Below, piece after piece: positions 13,944 through 28,374 of a stretch of DNA of 64,000 nt. Position 1 is the stretch's first letter; each line of letters starts with the position of its first letter. Position numbers and translations under genes: made by a program. This stretch comes from Octopus sinensis (lineage: Eukaryota): contig NC_043002.1 of NCBI RefSeq assembly GCF_006345805.1, forward strand, positions 22,320,001-22,384,000. The letters run 5' to 3'. The notes under the pieces are model-generated. The model saw only the letters and a program-made list of their open reading frames with translations. It was not told the origin of the DNA and searched no databases.

Positions 13944-14057
<114 letters not shown>

Positions 14058-15744
14058 GCATACCTACCTACCTACCTTCCTACCCACCTACTCACATACC
14101 TATCTACCTACCTACCTACCACCTACCTACCTACCTACCTACCTACCTACTACCTACCTACCTACCTACCTACCTACCTACCTACCTACCTACCGATCTA
14201 TCTATATTTGTGTGTATGTATGAGTATGTGTGTGTGTCTGTGTCTATGTACCTGTGTGTGTGCGCGTGCGTGACTATCTCTCTGAATATCTATCGTTGTA
14301 CACTATAGAAACAGTGAAGCTAATAAACGAGTGTAATGGTGCGGAAAATAAACAACCGACCGTGACTTGTTCATGTCACAATTGAGAACAGTAGGGAGTT
14401 GGACCATCTAGATGTGTGTGTGTGCGTGCGTTTGCGCGGACGAGTGTGTGCATAGACATATGTGTGTACGTGTGTGTTTGTGCGTGTGTGTGTATATATG
14501 TGTATGTATACATGTGTGTAGACATGCATAAATACACACATACATATATACACATGCATACACTCACACGCACGCGCGCACGCACACACACGCGCGCACG
14601 CACACACACGCACAATCACACACACACACAGGTAACAAATCGGCAGAGATTTTTAAAGTTATGGGTAGAATCCCCCGTGCTATTTGTTCCGTCTCCTTTC
14701 GCTGTGAGTTCAAATCCCGCCGAGATCAACCTCACCTTTCATTTCTTCGGTCCATAAAAAAATGCTCCCCTCAAGAGCAGCGTAGACGGGGATTCCAAGA
14801 GCATCGAACTACATACCTTGTCTTATCTCTCCCGGATCGGAGCACTTTGTGTTCGAATCCCACCACGCTACCGTACGCAAGTAGTTTGAAACCTAGATAT
14901 CAATGACTATCATGCAATAGCCCGGCCCTCATAAGTTCCAGGCTGGTCCCCAGTGTGTAAGAAGACAACTTTTGTTAAAGCTTGTCTCTAGAAACCCGCT
15001 TCAGACCCGGGTTACATCTGCTCCGATAATCGGCAGTGACTTGGTCTGCGAATTCTCTGCAACCGTCGATAATTGACGTCAAGATGAGCTGTTACGGATA
15101 ACACTATCCCAAAATGTGCATGCATGTGACAGAGGAGCACTTGTGAACTTGCATTCCCACTGACATTCCGTACATGAACTCTACACCACAACAGCGAATG
15201 AATACTACGGCTAAGGCGTCCGCGCTATCCGATGCGCTTGCTCACCCAGCGGAGCATTTGTTTAACTGATGTAGTCAGCATTCATGAGAAACGTGGCGAA
15301 CTTGTTGGGTGGAGCCGGCTCGATACATCCCGGTGAATGCTGCTTCAGGTACAAGTAAGTCAATGTGAAACATTCCTCTCTCGAAATCTCAAAAATCCAA
15401 TACGGCAATATGTTTTAAATTGCCTATACGTAAATGAAGGATTCTTTATTTTTTCAGAATAGGCTTTAACGCTCTGACAATTCACCCTTGGTAGGGGAAA
15501 GCTTCCGATTCCTGAATTAGAAATCTTAAGTAGGTCATGATAATTTATTGGACAACTCCCGAAATTTTCGTCTTCATATTGAATGTTAATTAGCAAATAG
15601 ACTTCCGGTATTCATGTCACTTCGTCCGACTAATTAACTAAATCAGCAGTTCACTGACAAACAAATCTCTACCCCAACCCAAGTCTTTCTGCAGCTTTTT
15701 TTAATCCCCTCTTTTCTTTATTAATATAGAATGACAAAAAGGCT

Positions 15745-16150
15745 GCGAGCTGGCAGAATTGTTAGCAAACCAAGCAAAATGATTAGCGGCATTTCGTCCG
15801 TCTTAACACTCTGACTTCAACTTCCATCGTGGTCGACTTTGCCTTTCATCCTTTCGGGGTCGATAAAATAAGGTGAGCACTGAGGTCAATGCAATCGACT
15901 TACCTCCTCACCACTAAATTACTGGCCTTGTGACAAAATTTATAATCAATAAAGACAAATTCAGGCGACACTCTGGGAAAATTATTTAGCGGCATTTCGT
16001 CCGTATTTACGTTCTAAATTCAAAATTCCACCGAGGTCGACTTTGCCTTTCATTCTTTCGGGATCAATAAAATTATTACCAGTTGACCACTGAGGTTGAG
16101 GTAATCGACGAATCCCCTCCCCGAAATTTCTGGCCTTGTGCCAAATACAA
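15745..16150 (+). mobile_element. Two adjacent diverged copies of the same SINE family
   Basis: ggctgcgagctggcagaattgttagc head; gtcgactttgcctttcatcctttcggggtcgataaa core occurs twice. Confidence 0.75.
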
Positions 16151-16189
16151 CTACCAGCTTAGTGTCTGTCGCAAATTATTATCTGCAGT

Positions 16190-16440
16190 CATTCGTCGCG
16201 ACCAAGATTGTTCGTGATTTTGGCATGACTTAGTAATCTTTCTCCTGACTGGTCGGTATTTCGCTTAGGTTTGCCATTTATTATGATCAGTTCCTTTCTA
16301 CATCATATTTCTTTTTGCGATATCTTTGAATCTCGGTTTAGGTCTTCTATGGTTTCTTTCCCCCTTGCATAACTGGGGAGAAAGGAATTGCCTGGGCAGT
16401 CTGTTGCTGGCAATCCTGTGAACGTGTCTCTCGCCAATAA
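16190..16440 (-). mobile_element. RTE LINE C-terminal fragment
   Basis: HVHRIASNRLPRQFLSPQLCKGERNHRRPKPRFKDIAKRNM matches the RTE GHVxRM..NR.P.Q.L..EL..G.R..GRP..R.KD motif. Confidence 0.75.
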
Positions 16441-16779
16441 GACCACCATAAGCCAAACTATCACTAGCGGTTGAAAGAATCACCATACTGCATTGCCCCT
16501 CATGCGGGTTAACAATGCATTCGGATCTCAGGTAGATAAGTCTGTACCAAAAAGCTGTACAACAAGCAGGGAACAGAAGCTATTGATTGGGAGGTGCGTG
16601 TAATGATGGTTGCTTCGGATAAGACCCAATGAAGAAGCCCGATGACTCACCCTGCACAACTCTCAAAAGAATAGCGGGTGAAGAAGGTTGATGAATGGTA
16701 TCTTCTCGTTTTGAAACGAATGGCCAGTCTTTAGAATGTAGTCCTAAATGTTACTGGATTTCTCCACCACTCAGGAGTG

Positions 16780-17082
16780 GTGGAGGCACATGGCCTAGTG
16801 GTTAGAGCAGTGGACTCGCGGTTGAGGTATCGCGGGTTCGAATCTCAGACCGGGCGATGTGTGTGTTTATGAGCGAAACACCTAAGCTCCACGCGGCTCT
16901 GGTAGAAGATAATGACGAACTTCTGCTGACTCTTTCGCCACAACTTTCTCTCACTCTTTCCTCCTGCGTCTTGCAGCTCCCCTGTGACGGACTGCCGTTC
17001 CGTCCAGGTAGGGAACTTTACGCCAAGGAAACCGGGAAACCGGCCTTTATGAGCCAAGCAGGGCTCGAGAAGGAACAAACAT
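16780..17082 (+). mobile_element. tRNA-derived SINE with a 12-bp target-site duplication
   Basis: Head ggaggcacatggcctagtggttagagcagtggactcgcgg...gggttcgaatctc; TSD cactcaggagtg at 16768-16779 and 17083-17094. Confidence 0.9.
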
Positions 17083-17897
17083 CACTCAGGAGTGATCCTG
17101 GGTGACTGAGAAACCCAACAATCGGAGCAATTCTACGATTTATACTTGATTGCTCCTTATGATTAAGGGGTCTGTCATGCGTGCTGCGAGATGCGAGGTG
17201 CGAAGTGTGAGGTGCGATCATGTTTTATTGATATGAGTAGCGCTTGTGTTTTCTTGCCGTTGAAAGAAACAAGATTTGGCATATCCCTTTGTGCATACAA
17301 GTTTTGTGTGAACGTGTGTGTGTGTGTGTGCGTGCGTGCGTGAGTGTAATGTGTGTGTGTTTGTGTGTGTGTGTATGAGGACACACTGAGAGTGAGTGAA
17401 TGAGTGACAGAGACCATAATAAACACATCGTGTCCATTCACAACAAACAAATCATGCCATGTCAACCACTTAAACAAGAATAAGAGAAGACGAAAACAAA
17501 CAAATGAAAAACAAATATTATAAATAAAGAAATACGAAATAGCTCACATGGAAACGCATGCAAACATACACACATACACACTTGTACAAATATATTGATA
17601 TATATATATATATATATGCATGCATGCACACACACACGCACACGTATATGTGTATATCTATGTATAAAATATGTGAATATATGTATGTACGTACGTACGT
17701 ACGTATGTATGGAGGTATGTATGATTGGATGTATGTATGTATGGATGGATGGATGTGTGTGTATGTGTGTGTGTTTACCAGTATACGTTTATAGTCTTAC
17801 AAACACGCACAGACATATATTAGCACACAGAAATATATACACATATATAATACACAGATATGCATGTATGCACACACACACACACACACACACACAC

Positions 17898-17937
<40 letters not shown>

Positions 17938-19577
17938 GACATATATTAGCTCACATAGGTACATGCACATATATGTAAGACATACACACACTCATGTATT
18001 TACGTACATACACGCACATATATTCAAGTACACACGCATAGACACATATATACATATATAAACATACACACATACATATAAAAAGAAATATACATATACT
18101 CACACAGATATACATGTGTGTGTGTGTGTGTGTGTGTCCAAGCTCAGGCGCATAAAAACACACGCATAACAACGCACAAATACACATATTTACGCATGTT
18201 TACAAGCACACACGTGATAATACACACACAAGCATACGCACACGTAAATACAAGAGATAGATAAATAAACAAACAGAATGATATCGGCCACCCTTATCTT
18301 ACCCCGTCTCCTCTATTCCTCTCACGCTCTCTCTCACTCCGTCTCTCTTTCTCTCTTTCTCTCTCCCTCCCTCCCTTTAGCGTTGAAAGACATCAGTAGG
18401 GTGTTAATGGACCTACTGAGGGTTTTGTAAGGAATTGGTTGATGACAGCTTTAAGGGGTTTTCAGGTGTTTTTTTTGTTGTTGTTCATTTTTTTAATCCT
18501 TTTTCTCTGCACCAATACATTGCTGCTTTCAGCATAGTCATCATCATCATCATTATCGTCAGTATCATCATCATCATCATCATCATCAACACCATCATCA
18601 TCTTCATCATCGTTATCATCATCATTACCTTCGTCAGCATCATCACCATCGCGATCACCACGATTACCATCACCACCACCATCATCATCATCATCATCGT
18701 CATTATCATCGCGTTTGCTGTTATTAGCAGCAGCCGCAGCAGTACTGCCACCCGTTCCAGTCACCAGACCGCCACCATTAGCAGCAAAACCATTAATACC
18801 TATTTCTTTATTACCCACAAGGGGCTAAATACAGAGGGGACAAACAAGGACAGACAAACGGATTAGGTCTATTATATCGACTCCAATGCGCAACTGGTAC
18901 TTAATTTATCGACCCCGAGAGGATGAAAGGCTAAGTCGACCTCGGCGGATTTTGAACCCAGGATACCACCAACACCAACAACTACTACTGTCCGTCATCA
19001 TCATCCTCATCATCATCATTACTACCGCCACACTGACCACCACCACACCACAACCACCATCATTATCATCATCATCAGCATCAGTGCCACTGAGCCAACG
19101 AACAATTGAATATATATTGTGTTGTTCAACGAGCTAGAAATGGCAGCCAAACTTCCCTCAATTATCTTAAAGAAAACACTGAACAGCATAATCCTAGATT
19201 TAGTCGCCAAAAGATGGCGTGGGCACGGCTGGAATAGTTTTGATTTTTGCCCTGCTCAATCATCATAATGATGATGATCATCATCACCATCAACAACAAG
19301 AGCAACAACAAAAATAACAAAAATACATCACCATAGCCATAATAATTCTTTCCAATTTTGGCACTAGGCCAGCACTTCTAATGGGGGATCAATTACATGA
19401 TCCAGTTTGCAAATGGTATTTATTTACTTTGACCCCGAAAGTATGAAAGACAAAGCTGACCTCACCCAAGTTTGGACTCAGAACATAAAGACGGACGAAA
19501 TACCGCTGAGCATTTTTCCCGGGTTGCTAACGTTTCAGCCATCTTGTTGTCTTAATAATAATAATAATAATAATAAT

Positions 19578-20262
<685 letters not shown>

Positions 20263-20289
20263 TAGTAATAATATTTTCAAATTTTGTTA

Positions 20290-20915
20290 TACGGCCAGCA
20301 AAATTTGTGGATGGGGTTAAGACGATTACGCCGACTCCAGTGCTCAACTGGTATCATTTTATTATTTTATCGGTCTTGAAAGGATGAAAAGCAAAGTCGA
20401 CCTCGGCGATATTTGAAGTCAGAACATAGCTACAGACGAAATACCTATTTCTTTACTACCCACAAGGGGCTAAACACAGAGACAAACAAGGACAGACAAA
20501 CGGATTAAGTCGATTATATCGACACCAGTGCGTAACTGGTACATATTTAATCGACCCCGAAAGGATGAAAGGCAAAGTCGACCTCGGCGGAATTTGAACT
20601 CAGAACGTAGCGGCAGACGAAATATGGCTAAGCATTTTGCCCGACGTGCTAACGTTTCTGCCAGCTCTCCGCCCTTGGCAGACGAAATACCTATTTCTTT
20701 ACTTCCCACAAGGAGCTAAACACAGAGGGGACAAACAAGGACAGACAAACGGATTAAGTCGATTACATCAACCCTAGTGCGTAACTGATACTTAATTTAT
20801 CGACCCCGAAAAGATGAAACGCAAAGTCGACCTCGGCGGAATTTGATCTCAGAACGTAACGGCAGACGAAATATGGCTACGTATTTCGCCCGGCGTGCTA
20901 TCGAATCTGCCAGCT
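20290..20915 (-). mobile_element. Tandem/multimeric copies of the same SINE family (two heads, three modules)
   Basis: Head-module-gtatttcgtctgcc, then a new head-module-module-tail; same sequence as the 58-kb array. Confidence 0.85.
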
Positions 20916-21360
20916 CGCTGCCTTGATAGCAATTAACAGCAGTAGCTATCGCCGCTATTCTCCTCCTCCTCCTCCTCCTCCTCCTCCTCATCATCATCAT
21001 CATCATCATCATCATCACCATCATCTCCAACAACATAATATTCAACTTCTATTCATTCAGCTGTTCCTCCACTCGTTATTCCTTTGACACATGTTGGTTT
21101 AAAGTCTTACAGGCAGGCAGACTGACAGACGGACTGACAGACGGACGGACAGAGAAAAGAGGGTGTGGTTGTATTATGTTGAAAATCTGAACCCCGACCG
21201 AGCAGATTCGAAGTGAGATTCGATACAGAGTGCTCTATGTTATTATTTACCCTAAAGAGTAAACGGGTACATTGGTAGGTTAAGGTGGCCGAGCAGAAGT
21301 ACGCCCATCAATCAGTATTGTATGTATGTATATATGTATGTATGTATGTATGTATGCATG

Positions 21361-21392
<32 letters not shown>

Positions 21393-21494
21393 CATGTATA
21401 TATGTATATTGGGTTGTGTGTATGTATATCTATACAAACATGTATTTACATTCTTTCACGTTCTTTCTCTCTCTCTCTCCCTACACATATACAA

Positions 21495-21548
<54 letters not shown>

Positions 21549-21671
21549 TATATATAATATATATATATATATATAATGTACTGTTCCGTGATAGAAAGAT
21601 CAACGAAAAGAGTACCCCATCTGGTGAGAGATAAATATTATTTATTTAAAGGAGACAATAGATGTCTTAAA

Positions 21672-21726
21672 GTGCTACAAATAGTTTCAGATTTTGAGAA
21701 AAATCTCAAATATTTTCATCAGGCAC
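21672..21726 (-). ncRNA. Type I hammerhead ribozyme motif, intact core
   Basis: Minus strand gtgc-CTGATGA-aaata-tttgaga-tttt-tctcaaa-atct-GAAAC-tattt-GTA-gcac; perfect 4-bp stem I; homologous copy at 36907-36961. Confidence 0.75.
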
Positions 21727-22283
21727 AAATGACATGTCTTAACGAACTTAAAAATTTGAATAAGACAATATGTGTGTGTGTTGTGTGCGTGTGTGTGCGT
21801 ACGTGCTTTTGTGTGTATGTGAGTGTGTGTTTGATAAATGGCGTGAAATTGTAATGATCTTTTGGACGAACACATTGCTTAAACAATCACTAAATATAGT
21901 AACGTAGTGTTACTGGATATAGCAGTTTTACATATTAAACACATTCCTGGAAGCTGGTACATAAATATTAATGATCTGTAAGGACATGGTATTTCGTTAT
22001 GCAACCATAATATGCTACAAAGTATATTAAACGTGTTTATATGTCACAGTTTTTTTAAATACAAATTATAGTCAGCACTGATTTTGTTACAACGTTTCAT
22101 AAGATTTCTATAGAAAATCTGTAGAGATAATCTAAAATAGTGATGTAATAGCACTGCTAACACAGTAGAACACAGCATTAGCTTATAAAAACATTTAATA
22201 TACTTTGTAGAATATTATAGTTGCACAACGAAATACTGTGTCTCTACAGGTCATTAATATATATATATATATACAGACAGACA

Positions 22284-22372
<89 letters not shown>

Positions 22373-22376
<4 letters not shown>

Positions 22377-22691
22377 GAAATGAAGAAAATGCTGACAAAA
22401 TAATTTAAGTAAGGGAGAGTGTATTTAATTAGGTGAAAGTTCTTTTTACCGGTTGCGCATTTGTTATGCTTATCAAAAGATTTTTTTTTAAGAGAGATAG
22501 AGTTCCTTTTTGATAGATTTTTTTCTCTTATCTGATAAGAGAAAAAATCTATCAGAAAGGAACTCTATCTCTCTTAAAAAAAATCTTTTGATAAGCATAA
22601 CAAATGCGCAACCGGTAAAAAGAACTTTCACCTAATTAAATACACTCTCCCTTACTTAAATTATTTTGTCAGCATTTTCTTCATTTCCTTT
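22373..22691. repeat. Near-perfect ~160-bp-arm palindrome with a 1-nt loop (centre 22533)
   Basis: The left arm 22373-22532 is the reverse complement of 22534-22691 apart from one substitution and two homopolymer length differences; the structure lies between (TA)n tracts. Confidence 0.95.
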
Positions 22692-22728
22692 TTTATATAT
22701 CACAACTCGTGTTCCACGTCTCCTTTTT

Positions 22729-22782
<54 letters not shown>

Positions 22783-23204
22783 AATATATATATGTATATA
22801 TATGCACTCTATTGTATTTGTGCTATAAGTATAATTATTCTTTTCTTCTGTTGTATAGCTGTAAGGCTTCGTTCTGTTATATAAGCCTAATTTTTTGTCT
22901 GTTGTATTTATATGTCTTGTTTGTTTCTGTCCTTGTATACATTTGCTAGCTTTTTCCCAGAAGCTTAATGTTCTGGTGCCTCCAAGATGGAGTGCTCTCA
23001 ATGGTAAATGGTGCGTAACCTCTTGGATATTTTGGGTCATTGACTGATGAAGATATCAGCTGCGAATATTCTGTGTATCGTGCTTTTCCTTAATTTATCC
23101 CATCGTTAAGTTTTCGTCTAGTTTTCAGTTTGCTCTGATGTCATCTAATTTTTGCTCTTTAAACCTTCATACACATACACACATACGCACGCACACACAC
23201 ACAG

Positions 23205-23242
<38 letters not shown>

Positions 23243-23818
23243 TTATAGTTATCTAATTTGCTTCAACAATCATTGCTAATAAGAGGCTGCAGCAATACTT
23301 TGCTGCCTTCAGAGTTAATTATTTTACATTTTGTCTATTATATGTCTGCCTATGTCGAAGGCGCGTGGTTAGGGCATTCGGCTTACGATTCCCGGCGACG
23401 CGTTGTGTCCTTGAGCAAGACACTTTATTTTCACGTTGCCACTTGCATTTTAATTTCACAAGCAAGCTGTTCCGTTGATCGTATCAGCTGTGGCCCTCGT
23501 CGTCGTAACCGATGGAGTGCTCCTATAAGTATGTCTGCAGGACAATTTTCTTCTTGAAGATTAAACTACAAATTTCTATTATCTTATCAAGGCCACCCCA
23601 AGAAAAAGATTTCAAACTCATTACTACAGTTTATTACATATCATACCCATTTTGCTTCGTTTTAGGGATGTTTTGCAGGTTTTTCCCTATTTTCCTTTTG
23701 TCAAAGTGAATAAGCTCTATGGTTTATCTTTTACTTTCTGAGTCTAGAGGGAAGGACATTACTCATGAAATTAGTAGATCCTCAAAGACCGGTGAGATTG
23801 ATGCTGTAGGTTTTCTAT

Positions 23819-24025
23819 CTAACCCTTTAGCATTCAGATGACTCTGTTGAATGTAATGCTTTTTCTTCATATTGTTTTGAAGTAGTCATGCATTACTTCG
23901 TAACTTCGAGATTTTGATGATGCGAATGTTTATATTTAGAATGAAAATTGTAGGGTAGGTGTGAGAGGCCAAATCTGGTCGGTTTCAACATAAAATAGGT
24001 AGAATCTTTGGATATGATATGCCGG
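23819..24025 (+). mobile_element. piggyBac-like MITE remnant (left end only)
   Basis: Starts (c)taaccctttagcattcag, the same CCCT-type terminus as the 47708 element; the right TIR is missing. Confidence 0.45.
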
Positions 24026-24715
24026 AAAGTCAGGAGTAGGGAGGAGATTCATGTATCGTCCTAAAGAGGAAGGACTAGACGTAGGGATTAATGCAGAACA
24101 TGACGGATTGGAAACAAGAACATAGAGGTTAGCGCGGAACCTGACGGATTGGAAACAAGGATGACAAGAGGAATCAGTGGTATCTCCTATTATTGGATCA
24201 ATAAATTAGAAGCGGGTGATTTGCTGTAGTTGTACCCTTTGTAGATGACTATCCTGGAATACTAGAAATAAAATAAAATTGGAGTACCTTTTAAATACTT
24301 CTAAGAAAAGTTTGGTTAAGTTCTAAGACTTCGGAGAGTAGTCATTGAATTGGAGTAAGTCTGTTTAAATACAAAACCGCTATTGTACAGATTCCGAGAG
24401 TTTGGCGAGGAGGTTGTTTGATTCTACACAGACCTTTATGAACTCTATTAGCTTATAGCTGTTTCTGATGCAAAAAACAGTGGACTCATAGTTGAATACC
24501 TGAGTAACACATAACTCCATCGGAGCCTTGAATATGAAGTGCAATTTAGTTAGAAAAGAATTATATTTATGGATATTTACATATAGGAAAAAAAAAAGTA
24601 ATCACCATATATATATATATATATAGTTGAAATTTACAGAAAAACAAAAGACGAAGACAGTTGTATAAACAACAAACTGGTGTATTGGTTTAACGCTCGG
24701 GAAAAATGAAAAAGC

Positions 24716-24751
24716 CTTTTACGTTTCGAGCCTACGCTCTTGAACAGAAAG
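24716..24751 (-). ncRNA. Variant-core hammerhead-like motif in a ~200-bp (TA)n-flanked element (24625-24830)
   Basis: Minus strand cttt-CTGTTCA-a-gagc-gtag-gctc-GAAAC-GTA-aaag; all stems intact, 5' core non-canonical; homolog at 37846-37881. Confidence 0.55.
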
Positions 24752-25840
24752 AAACACGAGGAAATAAACAGAGAGAGAATTAAAAACAACTTTTGGAGTT
24801 AGCGTTCAATCATATATATATATTAAATAGGGCATGAAATATATACAAAGAGAAAACCTCCTTGGGGATTTCTTACAAGCTAAAAATGGCAGTTGAAGCC
24901 TAAAACCACGAAAGAATATTCTTATACTAAAGCGAGTTGATTTGTACACGAACAAGACATTCGAGTGAATAAAATATAGTAGACCTTATGCGTATGAGTT
25001 TCGCTTTTACTGACCAAATAAATCAACTAATAAGATAATTTTAGCGTGTAAGAAATCTATATGGTAGCTTTCTCTTCGTGTATGTTTCAAACACTATCAT
25101 ATTTGGAAATATTTATGTCTTCTGACTCTTAATTCGCATGCTAGACACTGGTAAATAATTATTTGATAATTTTTACCCTTTTATTTATATATATATGTCG
25201 CGAAAAGCCTAGTTGGAGGCCCAACTATCCGAGTTCTTTTACAGGGCTTAGAAAAACTGAAGGACCGTTGCAATAAGTATATGGATCTGAGAGGGGAATA
25301 TGTCGAAGAAAATCCTCCTGCACCTGTATTTTCTTTTACCCAAAGCCAAGGTCTTTTCAGTACCCCTTCGTGTTCACACATACACGCGCGCGCACACAAA
25401 TATATGATTGTGTGAATGTGCGCGTATGTGTGAGGAGCAGTGAGTGGGACAGTGATCAGAGAGTAGCATTCATGATTCGTAAGATTGTGGTTTCGATTGT
25501 TGTCTGCGTAGTGTTCTTGAGTGAAACACTTCATTTCACGTTACTACATTCCACACAGCTGGCAAAAAATGAGGAATTTTGCGACGGAGCCGCGTAACGT
25601 CCAGGGGAAGGGGTAATATATACACCGTAGAATTCAAGAATTCGCCCTTAAGAACCTATGCCTCGAGAAGGACCTTCGATCCTTCTTTTAAACGCTATTA
25701 GGTATTTACTTACACACACGCACATACACAAACATACATACACATGCACACACACACACACAGGAATACATACATACATAGCGACACACAGAAAGAAAGA
25801 AAGAAATAAAGAAAGAAAGAAAGAAAGAAAGAAAGAAGGA

Positions 25841-25900
<60 letters not shown>

Positions 25901-26359
25901 AAAAGAGAAAGGAAGAGAGAAAGAAAGAAACAAACAAACAAAGATAGAAAAAATGAATTAAAGAAAGATACCAAGATGGCGTGCAATCACAATTTGTATG
26001 GGCAACAAGATAGATATGTAGTTATTAAGATTGGGTTGATGGCTGAGGAAGGACGGACGGTAAGTAGTGAGGTGAGTATGTGAGAATAACGGGTAGATGG
26101 GTGGATGGATGTGTGGTCAAGGTTAGAAAGGTTCGGTGGGCGGGTGTTTGTACGATTATTGGGTAGGAGCCACCCGTTGACTGTATGTACTCCATTAACA
26201 AATAGATACATCAGTGCTTACACGGGCCATCAACTCGCACACAAATGATTTGATCTTTTCACCTCCCACCATTCACACCCATCAACTGTCGACTATTTTC
26301 GTTTGTTTCTTTTCTTTTCTTTTTTTCTTTTGGTATGTGTGTTTGTTGTTGTTATTGCC

Positions 26360-26532
26360 GTTGATGATGAGGACGATGATGATGACGATGATGATGATGG
26401 TGTGGGGGATGGTCGTGATGGTGGTAATGATGATGACGACGACGACGACGACGATGATAATGATGATGATGATGATGATGATGACGACGACGACGATGAT
26501 GATGACGATGATGATGATGTTGATGATGGTGG

Positions 26533-26581
<49 letters not shown>

Positions 26582-26636
26582 GATGATGATGATGATGACA
26601 ACTACAACGATGTTGATTGTAATGTTGTTGATGATG

Positions 26637-26678
<42 letters not shown>

Positions 26679-26720
26679 GTGATGATGATAGCAACGATAG
26701 TCTGATAATATCAGGTATTC
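26360..26720. repeat. (GAT/GAC)n microsatellite
   Basis: Long degenerate GAT run. Other large simple repeats include (TATC)n/(TACC)n 13945-14190, (AAAG)n 25790-25940, (TA)n-rich 38860-39660 and 56760-57120, and CT-rich 57400-57930. Confidence 0.95.
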
Positions 26721-27071
26721 ATGATGTTATTATTGTTGTTGCTGTCGTTAATGGTTTTGTTATTTTAGTGTACCCGATATCTTCATTAAAGTTTCAACCG
26801 GGTACATCACACTTCATTTCTAAATAAGGTTTCCTTTCCTTTCCTTTGCTTTTTTTCTTTTATTTTCTCTTGTATTTTCTATTTTAAGGCAGTCCAGCTC
26901 CCTCCCCCACTCATACTCGGACACCCGTACACATACACGCAGCGCAAATAAATACATGCGTGCGTAAGTGTACGTATAACGAGTGTACGCGAGCGATACA
27001 CTCATACATACAGATAGATATATTGATGATATGTTTCTTTATTAGCCACACAGGGCTGCATGATAGATAGC

Positions 27072-27109
<38 letters not shown>

Positions 27110-27149
27110 TAATATATATGCATATATACATGCATATATGTACATTCTT

Positions 27150-27181
<32 letters not shown>

Positions 27182-27652
27182 GTATGTGGATATATATATA
27201 TATGTACAATATTAGATGCATATGATATATATACATATGTACATATTATTCTTTATTTGAATTCGTATGCTGAAGCATATTTTGTTGCGTCTGAGGAGAG
27301 TAATTCTATTTTAATCCTTTATTAATTAACACTGGTTTAATTTTCACTCATTTACATTTTTTTTTTCTGAAATCTTCGTTGCTTCTTGAACCCTCGTCTA
27401 TAATTGCTGACTCTGTCCGTTACCGAAACTGCGTGTGTTTGTGCGCATGTGCGTGCGTCAGTATGTATTTGTATACACATATGTATGTATGTATGTATGT
27501 TGTATGTATGTATGTATGTATGTATGTATGTATGTATGTATGTATGCATTTATGCGTATGTATATGTATGCATATGTGTGTGTGACCGCGTGTGTATCGT
27601 TGGCGATTTTTTTTCCTCCGTCTTCCCTTCTCTGGATTTTTCCTTTTCCTAT

Positions 27653-27687
27653 GTTTCTGACGAAGAGCTCCGCTTGAAACGTAAAAC
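27653..27687 (+). ncRNA. Minimal type I hammerhead ribozyme motif, intact core
   Basis: gttt-CTGACGA-a-gagc-tcc-gctt-GAAAC-GTA-aaac; loopless palindromic stem III (ACGT), typical of the dimer-acting minimal PLE hammerheads. Confidence 0.75.
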
Positions 27688-28320
27688 CCTCCTTCTTCCT
27701 TTCCTTCCTGAGCGTCCAATAATACTATATTTGTTCCACGTTCTCGCGTTGTTGTGTTTTCTCTTGGTGGTTTTTGATGTTTGGATTAACTTTATATATA
27801 TATATATATATATATACGAGCTCTGATGAATAAGTATCCGGAATGTTTCCATACTAACGAAGCTAAAGCACGCAGAGTGAAGCTGCTCAGCACAGATTGA
27901 TCATGGACTCGGCTATGTATGTGCACAAAGTTTTAACGTTCTAGCTTACTTCCTCTGTTTACAGCAGTGTTTGGAAGGAAGGGGTGTAGCGTTTGATCGT
28001 CACATTGACCATGACAGAATGCTGTCATGGCAATGCCTTGGAGGATTTAATTTCGCTGTAAATCTGGTACGATTTGTATCTTTGCATTTTGCCGAACCGC
28101 TACGATACGAAGATGTAAACCCACCAATATCGGTTGTCAAGCGTGGTGGAGACAAGCAAAATCACAAACACACATGTGCACACATGCACATATGTACATA
28201 CGATGAGCTTCTTTCAGTTTCCGTTTACCAACTCCATTCAAAATACTTTGTTGGACCGTTGGGTACATTAGAAGACACTTCTTGCGCAAGGTGCCATACA
28301 GTGGGACTGAACTATATGTC

Positions 28321-28362
<42 letters not shown>

Positions 28363-28374
28363 TGTGTGTCTGTG

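Noticed and set aside
14779-14870. tRNA-like 3' end (gtgttcgaatcccaccacgcta)
   Set aside because: The T-loop-like motif is present but there is no D-arm or anticodon arm, and the T-stem does not pair.
15360-15596. 78-aa non-repetitive minus-strand ORF
   Set aside because: No recognisable motif, no ATG start, and no convincing splice context.
16780-16860. tRNA genes at SINE heads
   Set aside because: A/B boxes are present, but they continue into SINE bodies with TSDs and lack complete cloverleaves.
23040-23075. ctgatgaagatatcagctgcgaatattc, and similar partial cores at ~2520, ~27826 and ~59380
   Set aside because: The GAAA core is broken and stem I is absent; not distinguishable from chance matches.
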